Assembly: GCA_026770705.1 (NCBI GenBank)
Contig: JANJGN010000012.1
Coordinates: forward strand, 101,432,001 to 101,496,000
Length of the DNA: 64,000 bases
Reading direction: 5' to 3'
From: Isurus oxyrinchus
Taxonomy: Eukaryota
Part shown: piece after piece, positions 23,590 to 38,779 of the stretch
How the letters are laid out: the number at the start of each line of letters is the position of its first letter
Numbering within the stretch: the stretch's first letter is position 1
The notes under the pieces: model-generated
Told to the model about the DNA's origin: nothing
Database searches by the model: none
Seen by the model: only the letters and a program-made list of their open reading frames with translations
Program-made: the position numbers and the translations under genes

Positions 23590-26500
23590 TTCACGGACCA
23601 CAGTGTGTCTAATGTAGTGTCTTTCTTGAACTGAGTATAAGATGGCTGCCCCAGACATTCCCTCATGGCAGTGGTCACATGACTATGGCAAGCCAGGTAG
23701 GACATGTAGTAATGATTGCATGTCAAAATCCAAACATCCCCTTTTCCATAATGAACAACAGGCAACTATGCATGCAATATCATGTACAGCTGTGAGTTAC
23801 CCAAGTTACCCACTACACCACAACTGTTCTCATGCATTAACGAACTTTGTTATTCTTGTTAGTCTCTGAAAATGCATTACATACATAGTCGTTAAATCGT
23901 GCAGGTCTTTTGATGGTATGAGTGCACTTTATCATTGGCTGTTCATTTGGATGATGTTTCTTCTCCAGGGAGTGTCGTTCCCATTGCACTTGTTGTTGAA
24001 GTGGTAACTGTTGTTGTTGTTCCATTTCCATTGTTGGGGACCGGTGGACCTCTGGGAGTGATGGTTGTTCTCTACTCTGTGCAGCCCGTGTGAGCCCATC
24101 CTCCTGTTTGGCCACCTGAGGTGAAGGAACAACTTCTCTAGTTGTTCGTATATGCTTGTGGTTGCGCCAGTATATTTGATCATTCACTTCCATTATGTAC
24201 AATCGAGATGACAACAGCTCTGTGCATGTCCGAAGTTGCCACATGAGCTGACACATGTTGCCACATGCTCTATTTAAGAAAGGGACTATTAGAAGCACAC
24301 CAGTATGCTTACACACGAGCAGGATAGAGAGTTCATCCTGAGTGAGACACAGCCAGAGTGAGTGTGGGTATTAGCAATTTGGTGCACAGTGGGAATTTGG
24401 TGAAGAGGGGAAGAGGTGCTCTTTGCATTTTTTCTTTGCTATCCAACTTCTTAAATCTTCAGAGCGTGGTCTTGCCCTGTTGCAGAAGTAGAGGCTACAA
24501 GGGAGAGGAATGATTGGTAAGTAGTGGGTAAGGTAGGGTAAGTATTTACTACTTTTATTGCTTATAGTTTAAGGTATTTTTGTGGTTTATAGTTTTTATA
24601 TTCTATAGTAGTGAGGATCAGGAAAGAAGGGCCCTAGAGTAATTGATTTAAAAGGTTTAACTTAAAGAGTTAAGTCATGGCAGGAGTGCTCAAAGCCATG
24701 GTGTGCTCCTCGTGCTCCACATGGGAAGCAGGGAACATTTCCAATGCCCAGAACCAGCATGTGTGCAGGAAGTATGTCCAGCTTCAGCTCCTGGAAGCTC
24801 AGGTTTCAGATCTGGAACAGTGGCTGGGGACATTGTGGAGCATCCGTGAGTCTGAAAGCATTGTGGATAGCATGTTTAGAGAGGTCGTCACACTGCAAAT
24901 GAAGGGACTTGAGGAAGGAAGGGAATGGGTGACCACCAGGCAGTCCAAGAGAAACAGGTAGGTAGTTCAGGAGTCCCCTGGGGTCCTGCTCGCTAATCGG
25001 TATTCCATTTCAAAGGCTGATAAGGGTGCTGGTTCCTCCAGGAAGTGCAGACAGAGCCAATCTTCTGGCACCACAAGCAGTCTGACTGTACAGGAGGGGA
25101 TGAAGAGAGGAAGAGCAATAGTAATAGGGGATCCTTTAGTCAGGGGAACAGATAGGCGCTACTGCGGCCGTCAACTTGACTCCAGGATGCTGTGTCGCCT
25201 CCCTGGTGCTAGGGTCCGGAATGTCACTGCACGACTGCAGGACTCCCTGAAGGGGGAGGGTGATAAGGCAGAATTCATGGTACATGTTGGTACCAATGAC
25301 ATAGGTAGAAAGAGGAATGAAGTCTTGCATCAAAAATTCAGGGAGTTAGGCAGTAAACTAAAAAGCAGGACCTCTCGGGTTGTAATCTCTGGATTACTCC
25401 CAGGGCCACGTGCTAGCGAGCACAGAAATAGGAGAATAGCGCAGATGAATATGTGGCTTAAGAGTTGGTGCAGGAAGGAGGGTTTAAGATTCCTGGATCA
25501 CTGGGATCATTTCTGGGGGAGTTGGGACCTGTACAAGCGGGATGGCCTACATCTGAACCAGAGCAGGACTAACATCCTTGCGAACGGGTTTGCTGGTGCT
25601 GCTGGGAGGAGTTTAAACTAATTCAGCAAGTGGAGGGGACACAGAATGTTAGAAAATAGGGACACATCATAATACAGTAAAACAGTCAAGTCAGAGGGAA
25701 TACAGCTACATTAAGTTTCAAGGGAGTAAGGCAAGGCTGGATGGCCTCTACATTAATGCCAGGAATATTACAAGTAAAACGGATGAGTTAAGGGTGAGGA
25801 TTTACATGTGGAATTGTGATATAGTAGCCATCACAGAGATGTGGTTGAGGGAGGGGCAGGATTGGCTGTTCAACATTCTGGGATATAGAATCTTCAGACG
25901 AGACAGGGAAGGGGGTAAAAGAGAAGGAGGCATTGCATTATTAGTTAAGGAGTCAGTTACTGCAGTAAGGAGAGATGATATCTTGGAAGGGGCATCAAAT
26001 GAAGCTTTCTGGGTAGAGTTAGGAATAAAAAAAGAGGCAGCCACATTGTTAGGTGTTTATTATAGACCCCCAGATAGTCAGCTGGAAATTGAGGAGCAAA
26101 TATGTGCACAATTTGCGGAGGTATGTAAGAATAATAACAATAGGTTTCCCAACATTAATTGGGGTAGACACAGTGCTAAGGGCTTGGATGGAGTGGATTT
26201 CTTGAAATGTGTACAGGAGAACTTTTCAGGTCAATATGTAACGGGCCCATCAAGGGACAGTGCAGTGCTGGACCTAATTCTGGGGAATGAAGCCAGACAG
26301 ATGGCTGAGGCGATGGTGGGGGAGTATTTTAGTGAAAGCGACCACAACATGGTACAATTTAATCTTGTTATGGATAAAGAAATAGACAAGTTGCAAAAAA
26401 ATGTTTTGGATTGGGGAAGAGGGGCTTTTAGTAAAATCAGGCAGGATCTGACCAAGGTAGCCTGGGAACAGCTACTTGTGGGGAAATCTACAGAAGAGCA

Positions 26501-29500
26501 GTGGGAGGTGTTCAAAAAGGTAATGGGAAGTGTACAGGATCAACATGTTCTCTCTCAGGTGATAGGAAGGAGTAACAAGCCCAGAGAACCATGGATGACC
26601 AGATATATTCAGGATACAATGAGAAGGAAAAGAGAGGCTTTTAGCAGGTACAAGGGGAGCAAATTAGCAGAGGCATTAGTGGAGTACAGAAAGTGCAGGG
26701 TGGAGCTTAAGAAAGCAATTCAAAGAGCAAAGAGGGGATATAAGAAAAATCTGGCTGGTAAAAGTAGGGAAAATTATGTCAATGGTAAGAGAATAACCAG
26801 AGAAAGAGTAGGGCCCATTAGGGACTAAGGGGGCAAATTATGGGTGGAGCTAGAGGACATCAGTAGAGTATTAAACGAATACTTCACGTCCGTCTTCATC
26901 CAAGAGACTAAGGATAAAGGTATGGAACTCAGGGAGAGAGACTGCGAGGTTCTTGAGCAAATTGATATAGGGAGTGACAAGGTATTGGAGGTGTTGGCAG
27001 GCTTAAAAGTGGACAAATCTCCAGGTCCAGATTATTTGTGTCCCAGACTGCTGAGAGAGGCAACGGAGGAGATCGCAGGAGCTCTGACTCAAATTATTAA
27101 TTCCTCTCTGTGCGCGGGGGAGGTGCCAGAGGACTGGAGAACAGCTAATGTGGTTGCGCTATTTAAGAAGGGTTGTAGAGATTAGCCAGGGAACTACAGA
27201 CCTGTGAGTCTCACGTCAGTGGTAGGGAAACTATTGGAGAAAAATCTGAAGGAGAGTATCTATGTCCACTTGGAGAGGCAAGGTTTGATCAGGGATAGTC
27301 AGCATGGCTTTTCAGAGGGAGGTCAAGCCGAGCAAATTTGATTGAATTTTTTGGGAGGTGACCAGGTGTGTAGATGAGGGTAGTGCAGCTGATGTAGTTT
27401 ATATGGATTTCAGCAATGCCTTTGACAAGGTCCCACATGGGAGACTTATAAAGAAGGCAAATGCACAAGGGATACATGGTAATTTGAAAAGATGGATTCA
27501 AAATTGGCTTAGTTGTAGGAGACAGAGGGTGATCAGAGAAGGATGTTTTAGTGACTGGAAGCCAGTGTCCAGTGACATACCACAGGGATCTGTGCTGGGT
27601 CCTCTATTATTCATCACTTATATAAACAACATAGATGACTATGTAGGGGGTAGGATTAGTAAGTTTGCAGATGACACAAAGATTGGCCGGGTGGTTAACA
27701 GTGAGTTTGAGTGTCTTGGGCTACAAAAAAATATAGACGGGATGGTCAAATGGACAGATAAGTGGCGGATGGAATTTAACCCTGAAAAGGTGATACACTT
27801 TGGAAGGAGTAATTTGACAAGATAGTATTCAATGAGCAGCATGACACTAGGAAGTTCGAGGAACAAAGGGGCCTTGGCATGTATGTCCATAGATCTTTGA
27901 CGACGGAGGGGCATGTTAATGGGGTGGTGAAAAAGGCATATGGGACACTTGCCTTTATCAATAAGGCATAGATTACAAAAGTAGGGAGGTCATGTTGGAG
28001 TTGTATAGAACTTGGTGAGGCCACAGCTGGAGTATTGTGTGCAGTTCTAGTCACCACATTATAGAAAGGATGTGATTGCACTGGAGGGGGTGCAGAGAAG
28101 ATTCACCAGGATGTTGCCTGGGATGAAATATAATATTTAAGTTATGAAGAGAGGTTGGATAGACTTGGGTTGTTTTTTTTGGAGCAGGGAAGACTGAGGG
28201 GCGACCTGACCGAGGTGTTCAAGATTATGAGGGGCATGGACAGGATGGGTAGGGAGCAGCTGTTCCACTTAGTTGAAGGGTCAGTCACGAGGGGACACAA
28301 GTTCAAGGTGAGGGGCAGGAGGTTTAGGGGGATGTGAAGAAAACTATTTTACCTGCAGGGTGGTGACAGTTTGAAATGCGTTGTCTGGGAGGGTGGTGGA
28401 GGCGGGTTGCCTCACATCCTTTAAAAAGTACTTGGATGAGCACTTGGCACATCATAACATTCAAGGCTATGGGCCAAGTGCTGGTAAATGGGATTAGGTA
28501 GGTAGGTCAGGTTTTTCTCATGTGTCGGTGCAGACTCGATGGGCCGAAGTGCCTCTTCTGCACTGTGATTCTGTGATTCTGTGATGCTGACTCCTGTTAA
28601 GAGCATTGAAGGTTTGTACCCTGCCTGGCTCACCAACGCTCAAGTTTTGCAATGGTTTGGCAGTCCTGTCAAAATGAAATTTGGCTTTCTGCCATTTTAC
28701 CTTGATTTTTTCATTGACGTCTGTTACTACTTCTGGCTTCAGTAGCTTTTTTGCTTTTGGAGGAGTCATTTGGCTGTGATGTGATATTCGACTTTGGACT
28801 GGGCTATTTTCCATGCCTTTAGTTAGTGCATTTCTCCACTTGAGGATTGCCTTGTACACATCTGTGCTAGATTTGCTCAATTTCTTGACAATTCCTTTGC
28901 CGGTTTTTACAGTCACCTCAGCTTTTCTATTTGACTGGGGATAGAGTGGAGATAATGAATCGTGTTGAATTTCCCAATCCTTTGTGAAGTAGATGAATTC
29001 TTCACTCGTAAACTGAGGGCCATTGTCACTCATCACAATGTCTGGAATGCCGTACTGACTGAAGTGTGCTTTCAAGTATTCTACTTTCTTTCCTGTCGTC
29101 GTTGATGTCGGCTGGTCTATCCCCCAGTCACCGGAACAGTAGTCTACAGTGACAAGATAATCAGTTCCTGGCAAAGTGAAGAGGTGTACTCCCAGCTTCA
29201 TCCGTGGTCTGTCTGGGATGTTATGTATCATCAATGGCTCTCTAGCTTGTTTAGCTTGGTACTCATTACAAGCACTGCGCTGGCTGATGTGGTCTTTAAT
29301 TTTATTGCTCATGTTTGGCCAGAAGAGCACTTCTCTTGTCTTTCACAGACTTGATTAAATTCCTTCACTGGTCACATGGATGTGTTCAGCTCCTCCCATC
29401 TCCTCAGGTATGATGCCTCTATTTCCTTTGTACGAGATGCCATCTTGGGTTGTCAATTCATCTCAGTATGTCCAACATGCTCTTGTGACCACAGGTGTGC

Positions 29501-31235
29501 CCTTGATGCTCTCAGGCTATCTGTTCATCAATACATCTTGTAGTGCTTCTTGAAGAGTTGCAGCTTGCTGGGTAGTTTGCTTAATTTGAGCAAGGCGCTT
29601 GCCTGTCAGATTCAATGTCTCTGTTGCGTTGATAGCTTCCAGGCCATGTTGAGCTGCTGCTTCAGGTTCAGTCTGGAAGATTTCATATTCCGGTGTAGCA
29701 TCCTCAACTTTCTTTAACTTCAACATGTGCTCAGCAGCATGTCAGCAATGTACATCTGTTTCCTTTGTTTGTATGCCACATCTAGATGATATCTTTGTAA
29801 ATGAAGTAACATTCTTTGCAGACGCTTTGGAACAGATAGTAGCAGTTAAAGAAAAATGCTTTGAAATGGTTTGTGGTCGGACTCCACAGTTACTTGACTC
29901 TCCCAAGCAGGTATGGATGAAACTGCTCACAAGCAAAATCAAGAGCCAGGCACACTTTCTTGATCTGAGCGCAGTGTCATTCAGTTTGCGTTAATGCCCC
30001 AGATGCAAATGTGACTGGTTGCCATTGCTGCATTATGGTTGCTCCAAGACCTGACTCACTGGTGTCACATTGCAAGGTGACTTCTTCATTGATTTCATAG
30101 TACTTCAGCCCTGGCGTTGTTGTCACTAGTAGTTTGATTTTCGTGAACGCTGCTTCTTGTTCTGTGCCCTAATACCACAGCACCTTCTTGGCAGTGAACT
30201 GGCATAATGGTTCACACTCTAAAGACAAATTAGGCAAACATGCTGCTGTGTAGTTCACAAATTCAACAAATCGTTACACTGCTCTCACATCTGTTGGTTG
30301 CTGCATCACTGCTACAGCTTTCACCTTGTCAGGATCTGAGCGAAGGCGTTTTGCTGTCAGTACGTAAACTATGCATTTGACTCCAAGCAACTTCAACTCT
30401 TTTTCAGGTTCAGCTTCATCTGGCAAGCTCTCCCTAGCCATCATATTAAATTCTGATCACGGACAGCTATGGCTTCTTCCATTGTGCCTCCACATCTGTG
30501 GACTAGCAATTCATCCTCTATGGCTTTCACTCTGCGAAGCTCACTGACAATCTCATGCTGTCTGTATTGATGCTGTTCTGGAGCTGTGGAAAGGTCAAAC
30601 GGCATGCACAAGCATCCTTATCTCCTGAACGGCATCTGGAATGTATTTAGAAGCTGCTGCTTTCATCTAGCTTCACTTGCCAGTAACCATCCTTTGCATC
30701 TAGAGTAGTAAAGATCTTTATCTTAGCAAGTTGTGGCAAAATTCCTTTGATGGTTGGCATAGGGTAGTGAGATCCCTTCAGTGTTTTATTTAGATCCTTT
30801 GGGTCTAAGCACACTCACAACTTTCCAGGTTGTTTCATGCTACTATGCTGCTCATCCTGCCTGTAGGAGTTGTCACTCCTTTTTTACAGAAGCTTATTGC
30901 TTTTCCATGTGAAAATCTGGTGTTCAGCTCATTAGGCTTCTTGCTCAAGGCTTTCAACTGGGCTTTGTGAAACTGGTAAAACTGCAGGTTCTGTTCACAG
31001 TCAAACGCCCATCACCCCTGGAGTCTGTACTTCTCAACTTCTGCTTTTCTCGTCAACTTCTTGTTGTGCATACCGAGGAGAGACTCCAATCTTCTAAATT
31101 CACTGTACGATGGCACCTCCTCGGCAATCCGTTTATCTCTTTCGGAGAGGCTGGGCCACTCAGGTTCCTTTGCTGGGGACTCTTTGGCTTTTAATGTTTC
31201 CTGATCTTTCCTTTCCTTGTCAACTGGAGAACCTA
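23590..31235 (-). mobile_element. Degenerate Gypsy LTR retrotransposon (RT-RH-IN, PPT, 3' LTR remnant), split by a CR1
   Basis: Integrase FWPNM..CNEY..YGIPDIVMSDNGPQF..YPQSN (28600-29330); RNase H and RT motifs 29750-30850; PPT AAAAGGGGA next to the LTR start at ~23735. Confidence 0.85.
24270..28583 (+). mobile_element. Near full-length CR1 LINE
   Basis: ORF1 zinc finger + esterase (24677-25621); ORF2 APE and RT (PQGSVLGP, KFADD) with frameshifts; (GATTCTGT)n tail; putative TSD ATGCT. Confidence 0.95.
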
Positions 31236-31238
31236 TCC

Positions 31239-32053
31239 ATATGGAGTGGTTAAATGACTCTCCATCTCATTCTTCTAAACTCCAATCAGTATAGGCCCAA
31301 GTTGCTCAAACTTTCCTTTTAAGACAACTCCTTCAGTCCAGGAATCAATTCAGTGAACCTTCTCTCGACTACCTCCATTACAAGTATACCCCTACATAGA
31401 TAAGGATATCAATACTGTATGCAATTCTCCAGATGTGGTTTCACCAATGCGCTGTGTAATTGTAACAAGACTTCCCTACCTTTATATTTCAATCCTCTTG
31501 CAGTAAAGGTGAACATTCCATTTGTCTTCCTAATTACTTGCTGTATTGCATGCTAACTTTGAGATTCATGTACAAGAACATCCAGATCCACCTGTACCAT
31601 AACATTCTGCAGTATTCTCCACTTAAATAATACTCTGCTCTTCTATTCTTCCCACTAAAGTGGACAACCTCACACTTTCCCACATTATACTCCATCTGCC
31701 AACTTTTTGCCTACTCACTTAACCTATCTATATCCCTTGGCGGACTTTTTATATTCTCCTCCCAATTTGCTTTCCTGCCTATTTTTGTATCAACAACAAA
31801 TTTGGCAACATTACACTTGGTCCCTTCATCCATGTCATTAATATAGATTGTAAACAGCGGAGACCCCACACTGATTTCTGTGGCCCTCCACTAGTTACAG
31901 TTTGGCAACCTGAAAATGACCCATTTATCTCAACTCTGTTTCCTGTTAGTTAGCCATTCCTCTACCCATGCTAATATATTATGCCTAACGCCATGACCCC
32001 TTGTCTTTTTTGTGGTAGCTTTTCGAATGCCTTTTGGAAATCTAAATACACTA
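31239..32053 (-). mobile_element. CR1 RT fragment
   Basis: WVEEWLTNRKQ and downstream CR1 RT motifs. Confidence 0.8.
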
Positions 32054-34140
32054 TGGGCGCAACCTTGTACAATCCCCTGTGGCAAGCTTGGCAGCTGGGA
32101 GGGAATTAATTGGGTGGGGTGGTGGTGGGTGGAGGCGGCACAATTACTGCCCACTTAAGGGCCCAACCCGCCACCAGGGAACTCCCATGATGCTTTTATC
32201 TTTCACACTGAGCTCTTCATACTTTGAAGCAGAGTTAGTAGCTGGCTCCTTGAAAGACAACGCTAACTGACACCATCTAGGAGGGCAGAGGATGATGCCC
32301 AGGAGAGATACAAGTGAAGCCACCTGATCACAAGAGCTGTGTATAGCAAGAATTGGGAATGCTGTTTTGGTACCTGGGCGGATCTGTGGTCACCCTTCAG
32401 TATGCACCAGACTAGGTAGCCAGAGTATGATAATAGTGTGCTGTGCCTGCACAATATGGTGGAGCAACAAGAAACTGGAGCTCCAGCAGGAACAAACTGC
32501 TGAGTGCACTGTCTCTTCAGAGGAGGAGGAGGAGGAACAACATGAGGAGCAGGAGGACGAGTTACCTGATGTAGGAAGGGCACCAGTAGCAGCACTCAAC
32601 TGTCTGAGATGCCTGTAGGTTGGTCTAATTCTGGCACACTTCAGTTAGACTGAAATAGTGAACCCATCTGGCAGCCAAATTCTGAACCCGGTTGCTCACT
32701 ACACTGTCACCCACACCGCCACCCATCAACCCATCCCCAAACACAAAGCAGCCCTAATGACATAGACATCAACACGAAGGCTTGTGACATCTGGCACTCA
32801 AGGTTCAGATGGGCTCCTCCAATTTCTCTCCAAGCATATGCAGTGTGGCTGAAATAGCTCCTCCCACATTGAGCAGAATCTTCCACTCCCGGGAATCATG
32901 GTGGGTGGAGGCACATAATTTGACGTGAGTCAAAAACTCAGTTTCCTGTAGATGGGAAAAAAGTTTGGAAATTTGTTCTCCTGACTGTCAATGTGGCTTA
33001 AAGGCAAGTCGTAATTCCCAACAAGGAATGTTGGGAATCACATTTGCATCATTAGTATGTTATGAATGTCATTAAAAGGCCAATTTGCCGGAATCACATT
33101 CCCTCTCCAAATTTAGTTCTGCACCACTGGATAATTTGAACATTCTGTTTTGCGGCTATATTTGAGTGGTATGCACCTGGAGAACTTCACTTCATCCACG
33201 ACTTTGAGGTCAGTAAATGCTTTTGTCTTCCTTTTAAACGTTCACTGGGTTCCCCGGGTGTTGGGAGCACAAGCTGCTCCAAGGCTAGACATAGGAGGCA
33301 TGACAAAAGATAAGGAGTGAGACAGCGGTAGGACTGGGCTGGGGTGAAAGACAAGTGGGGAGGGGTGAGATGGAGGCAGGACTGGGGGAGGGAAGGATTA
33401 GAGGGCAAGGGTGAAAGACTGTCTGGCGGGGGAGCATGTCAAAGAGACTGTCTGGGAAAGGGCGGGAGACTGTCTGGGGTTGAGGGGTGGGGGGCATGTC
33501 AAAGAGGGTATCCGGGAAAGGGTGAGAGACTGTCCGGGGAATGAGACCACATTGTAAGGGACATGTTAGAGGACTTAGCCTGGAATGCATTTCTCAGTCC
33601 CGGTCTTGGGCGGCGGAAGGCCTCTCTGGGCAGTAACGGTCATACAGAGGTTTGTGTGAAGATTGTGGTCTATCATCTATTGCATTTTGTCCTGGGGGTT
33701 TGATGATACATGTTACCGGGGCACAGAGGGCACTATAACATTCAGGGTAGGCATTTGGATCCGGTACAGTGGTTGTTTAAATGTCATGTGGGCATAGTGA
33801 TGGTCTGACAGTTGGGGGGGAGTCTCCAAAACTAAGGGTGCAGCTGACCTCCAGAGGGGGAGGGATCAGATTAACGAGGGCCATGGGGACATCAACACTG
33901 AAGGAAACAGGGAGGAGAACAGGAATATCGACAAATAATAATGGGATCAAGGGTAATGGGGAGACTGGATGGTCACAGGAAGGAGTGGAATTAGGAGGCG
34001 GTGACTATGGAGGAGGATGGGAGGAACATGATGGGTGACAGGGGAGGTTGGAATGTGCTGGAAGCACTTAGAAGTCTAAGGAGAACCATCTTTGATTTTG
34101 CACAGCAATGATGCCGTTCAAACGTCAATCAGGGAAAAAG

Positions 34141-35330
34141 CATGTGAACATACAAAATAGGAGCAGGAGTAGGCCATGTGGCCCCTCAAGTCTGATCCAC
34201 TATTCAATAGGATCATGGCTGATCTGTTTGTGTTTCGATTTCCACATTCCCATCCAACCCCAATAACCTTTGATTCCCTGGCCTAAAAAGAATTTATCTA
34301 CCTCTGCCTTAAAAATATTCAATGACCCCCAACTCCATCGCCTTCTGATGTAGAGAATCCCAAAGTCACACAACCCTCCAAGAGAAATAATTTCTCCTCA
34401 TCTCTGTCCTAAAAGGGCAACTCCTAATTTTAAAACAGTGCCCCCTAGTTCTGGACTCACCCACAAGAGGAAACATCCTTTTGACATCAACCTTGTCAAT
34501 ACCATTTAGGATTTTATATATTTAAATCAAGTCACCCTTCACTCTTCTATAAACTCCAACGGAAAAAAGGCCAGTCTGTCTAATTTTTCCTCATAAGACA
34601 ACCCGCTCATTCCAAGCACCAGTCGAGTAAACCTCCTCTGAATCACTTCCAATGCATTTATATTCTTCTTTAAATATGGAGACCAAGACTGCACACAATA
34701 TTCGAGATGTGGTCTCATCAATGCCCTGTATACTAAAGCATAACATCCTTACCTTTGTGTTCAATTCTTCTTATAATAAAGGATAATATTCCATTAGCCT
34801 TCTTAATTATTTGCTGTAGCTGCATAATAACTTTTTGTGACTCGAGCACCAGAATACCCAGGTCCCTCTACACCTTGGAATTCTGTAGTCGTTCTCCATT
34901 TAAGTAATACTCTGCTTTTTTATTCTTCCTGCCAAAGTGAACAACTTCATATTTTCCCACATTAGACTCCATCTGCCAAATTTTTGCTCACTCACTTAAC
35001 CTATAAATATCTGTCTGCAACCCCCTTATGTCCTCTATACAACATACTTTCCTACCATTCTTTGTGTCATCTGCAAATTTAGCTACCATGCCTTCAACCC
35101 CCTCATCTAAGTCATTGATATAAATTGTAAAAATTTGAGGCCCCAGCACAGTCCCCTGCATGTCTCCACTCATCATATCTTGCCTGTCAGACAAAGACCC
35201 ATTTATGTGTACTCTCTGTTTTCTGCCAGCCAACCAATTTTCTATCCACAATAATATGTTACCCCTACAACATGAGTTTTGATTTTCCACAATAATCTTT
35301 GATGTGGCACCTTATTAAATGCCTTCCGGA
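34141..35330 (-). mobile_element. 5'-truncated CR1 inserted in Harbinger
   Basis: RPHLEYCVQSWSP, KFADDTK, CR1 3' UTR. Confidence 0.9.
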
Positions 35331-36069
35331 ACACAATATGGGATGGGACTCAAAGTGGACAGGAGTTAATGACTCTCTTTTTGGGCCGAGTGAAGGGGCA
35401 TGCTAGTAATTATTTGCTCAAGCTATGGAGAGCCAGGCTCTGCTGAGAGCTGTTCTCGAGGTTCCCTGACTAATGGGCCTCATTCCTGCAAGAAGCCATT
35501 ACATTTTGGAGCTGGAGTTCAGTAGGTGTGATTGGCCAACTGTTCCTGACAGAAGCATGAGAAAAGGAATGGAAGTGAAATCATTCAAGTGGCACGACTG
35601 CTGGACAGCAGCTAGATGCATGCTCCAAGCCTCACTAATCCAGATAAATGGTCACAGCTGACAAGGCATAATGCAGAAACTCTTTCCATCATGCCAAGGC
35701 TATGTTGTCCAAATAGAGCGTCTAGGCTCATGGAGGCAAGCTGACAATTGCCCGGTGGAGGGCTCTCACACACGGTTGTAATAACCCTGGTCAAGGCACA
35801 ATGTCCGCATACCCAGTCATGTGTGAAGGGGAGTACCAGCCACCTGTGGTCCTCCAGGATGTCCTTGACCTGGAGTGGGTGGGCTGGGATTGTCATGTCT
35901 AGACAACGGAAAGGCCAAGTGCTTTGCAATGATTTGCCCGATAGCTTGGAGATGGAGGGAAAGTAGTTAAGGGAAAGCTTAATTAAGTTATTAAATCCAT
36001 TCGTTGACAGATACAAGGAGGCGTGGAGAATGTAGGCTGCAAACAACCCTGCCTTGGTTATTGATCTAA

Positions 36070-37160
36070 TATGAATGAGGAGAAGGGCCTGTCATCATTT
36101 GGCAAAGGTCCAGGAGGAGCAGCGACGTGAGCAGCAAGAGAGAGCAGGGCCCAAGAAATCCAGGATGCTCCCAAAGAGGGGTACATGCAATGAAGATCAG
36201 TGGCCGGCCACAGGTATATCGCAGGTGCTGCTTTTATATGGAAATGAGTGAAAGACAAGGCTGCAGGCACCTTCGCTTGTCTAAGAATGTGGTAAGTCAC
36301 ATTTGCTACCTTCTCTGTGAAAAACTGATGCCATTGAAGGTAACTGCTGCTCTGAACCTTTTTGCCAGTGGGTCTTTCTAAGACTCCACTGGGGACCTTT
36401 GCGGCATCTCCCAATTGACAACACACAAATGTATGCTGGAGGTCACAGATGCCCTGTTCACTGGAGTTCACCAGTATGTCCAGTCACATATGGATGTTGC
36501 AAGCTGGGCTGTGAGAATGGTGGGATTCACAGTGATATCTGGTTTCCCACAAGTGTAGGTTGCCATCAATTGCATACATGTGGGCTTGAGAGCTCCCTGT
36601 CAGGAGCCTGTGAGATTCATCAATCAAAAACAATTTAATTTTCTGAATGTCTGACTAATTTGTGATCACAGAAGTCAAATCCAGCATGTTTGTGCCTGGT
36701 TGAGCCTGGGAGCTCTCACAACTCATACATCTTGACAGACTCACAAGCGCCTCAGATCTTTGAGTGATCTAGTCACTTACAGAGCTGGCTCTTTGGGGAT
36801 AAGATGTTGAAGTGAAGAACAATGCTGCACATTCCACTACCAGGTCCTTGATAGAGCAGACGATAGGCCTCTAGAAGATGCGTCTCTCATATTTGGACTG
36901 CTCAGACAGGGCTCTCCAATAATCACCACAGAGAGTGTCCTGGATTATCGTCGTCTGCTGCGCCCTGCACAACCTAGCACTGCAAACAGGAGGGAGACAT
37001 CAAGGTGCAAGAAGTCTCCTCTGACGAGGAGGATGTTGAAGGGGATGAATTTGATGATGGCCAGGATGTCGATGAGCCATATGAAGAAGCCATAACTTGG
37101 ATACGACACAGCAAATGTGCCTGTAACAATCTGATAGCTACAAGGTTCCAGGAAGAGTAA
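36070..37160 (+). pseudogene. Harbinger (HARBI1-like) DDE transposase, disrupted
   Basis: KVTAALNLFASGSF, AINCIHV, LICDH, WLFGDK, CCALHNL. Confidence 0.9.
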
Positions 37161-38779
37161 TGTGCCAACACATTCTCACAATTGTTTGTTTTTCTCACCT
37201 TTGTTGCCTGGAAGGCCCCAGCACTTTTTCTGTTAGAGAAAATTTCTCTGGAAAGTTCCATGTTTTCTTAGAGATTAGGGAAATATCAGCACTCACTGTC
37301 TGCCCTGATGTTGGGTTTATTCTTGAAATGCTTTAAACCACGGTTAAATGTATAGCCCTGGTAATACATGGTCACCATCAATGCTGAACAGCACTCATGC
37401 CTCCAATGACCTTGGGCAACTTTAAATGGAATAGTAATTTCATCCATGCCCTCAACAAGCCTGTGTGCATGGCAGCTTATAACCAGATGGATGGCTCAAT
37501 AGGGAGCAGCAGTATGACAGCACCATATGCCCCCTTACCATCACTCCTGAATGCAGATTGATGAGACATCGTCTAGTTAATGCCCCCAATGGCCATTAGC
37601 ATGTCATAAAACCAGAAAGCCTGACATCTTGATCATGTAGTTAAGTTTTGAGTTTATTTGTAGTGTCCTCAGAGAGAGTGCCTCCCCAGGACTATGGTTT
37701 ACTGAGGTGCAACAACTCAGGACCCTGAAATTGTCAGAAGACTTAAACGTCTCTGCCCTAGATAGCTTTTACATTAGGACGATACCTTGAACAGTCCTTT
37801 TGGGCACAGAAGCCAAGGTAGACTTGTTTCCTGCATGGACCCTGCAGAGGCCTTAGAGAGTTGGCTATGGATCACACTGAGAGCATCACAGTCCTCGAGA
37901 TGGTCTAGCACACCCAAGGCCATTCCTGTCTCCCTGTCCCAAGTCACTGAAAGCCCTGTCATGCAATGATTTCCTGTTCAAGTAGAATGCTATGCCTTTA
38001 CCCAAGGACTACTGACACCCTGGATAAGGAGGTGTGCAGACGCAAAAAAATCCATGCTAGCTCAGGAAACGGCTTCACCATGATGAACACACACCTCTTA
38101 AATCATACACTATAACCCCTCTTGTAGTCAAGGCTAAGGTGCCCATTGTATCCTTTCTTGCCTAGTTCAGCATCATAGCCACTGAAAATGACAATTGACC
38201 AAGGAAGAACTTTCAGCATTGAACGTGCCCAGTACATCTTCCTCCAAACAGTTATGGATTTTGATTGCTATGATTACAGTGCCAACAACAGCTTCTCACA
38301 TCTGATAATTAATTCAAACCAAACTTGGGACAGACAAATCTGATTTAAATCCGCATGAGTAATTGTGCCATCGACAAAAGGACTGACCATCAGTGTTAAC
38401 AGCAGCAGTAAATGCAATTACCTCGATGAGCATGTCTCACAAGGCCACAGCATGGTTACCTGTGACAATTGGCTGATAGGAGTATTGGCCAGGCAGCACA
38501 CTGATAAATGATAGCCATTGTCTGATGTTGTACATGTGCCTTTATAGACTACTCACTCTGGTGACAATGTGAGTGAACCGTAACAATTGAAGTTCCTGCT
38601 GGGACTCAATTGTGGAGGGCAACATTCTGGATCCTTAACTGACTGCGAAACTTTGAAGGAACTAATAGAAAAATGGAATCCATGAGATTTGGAAATGGAT
38701 GAATTCAACATATATTTACAATTGTGACGACTACACACAGTGAGTGTACACCCACGACACCAGTTTGCATCCAATACTT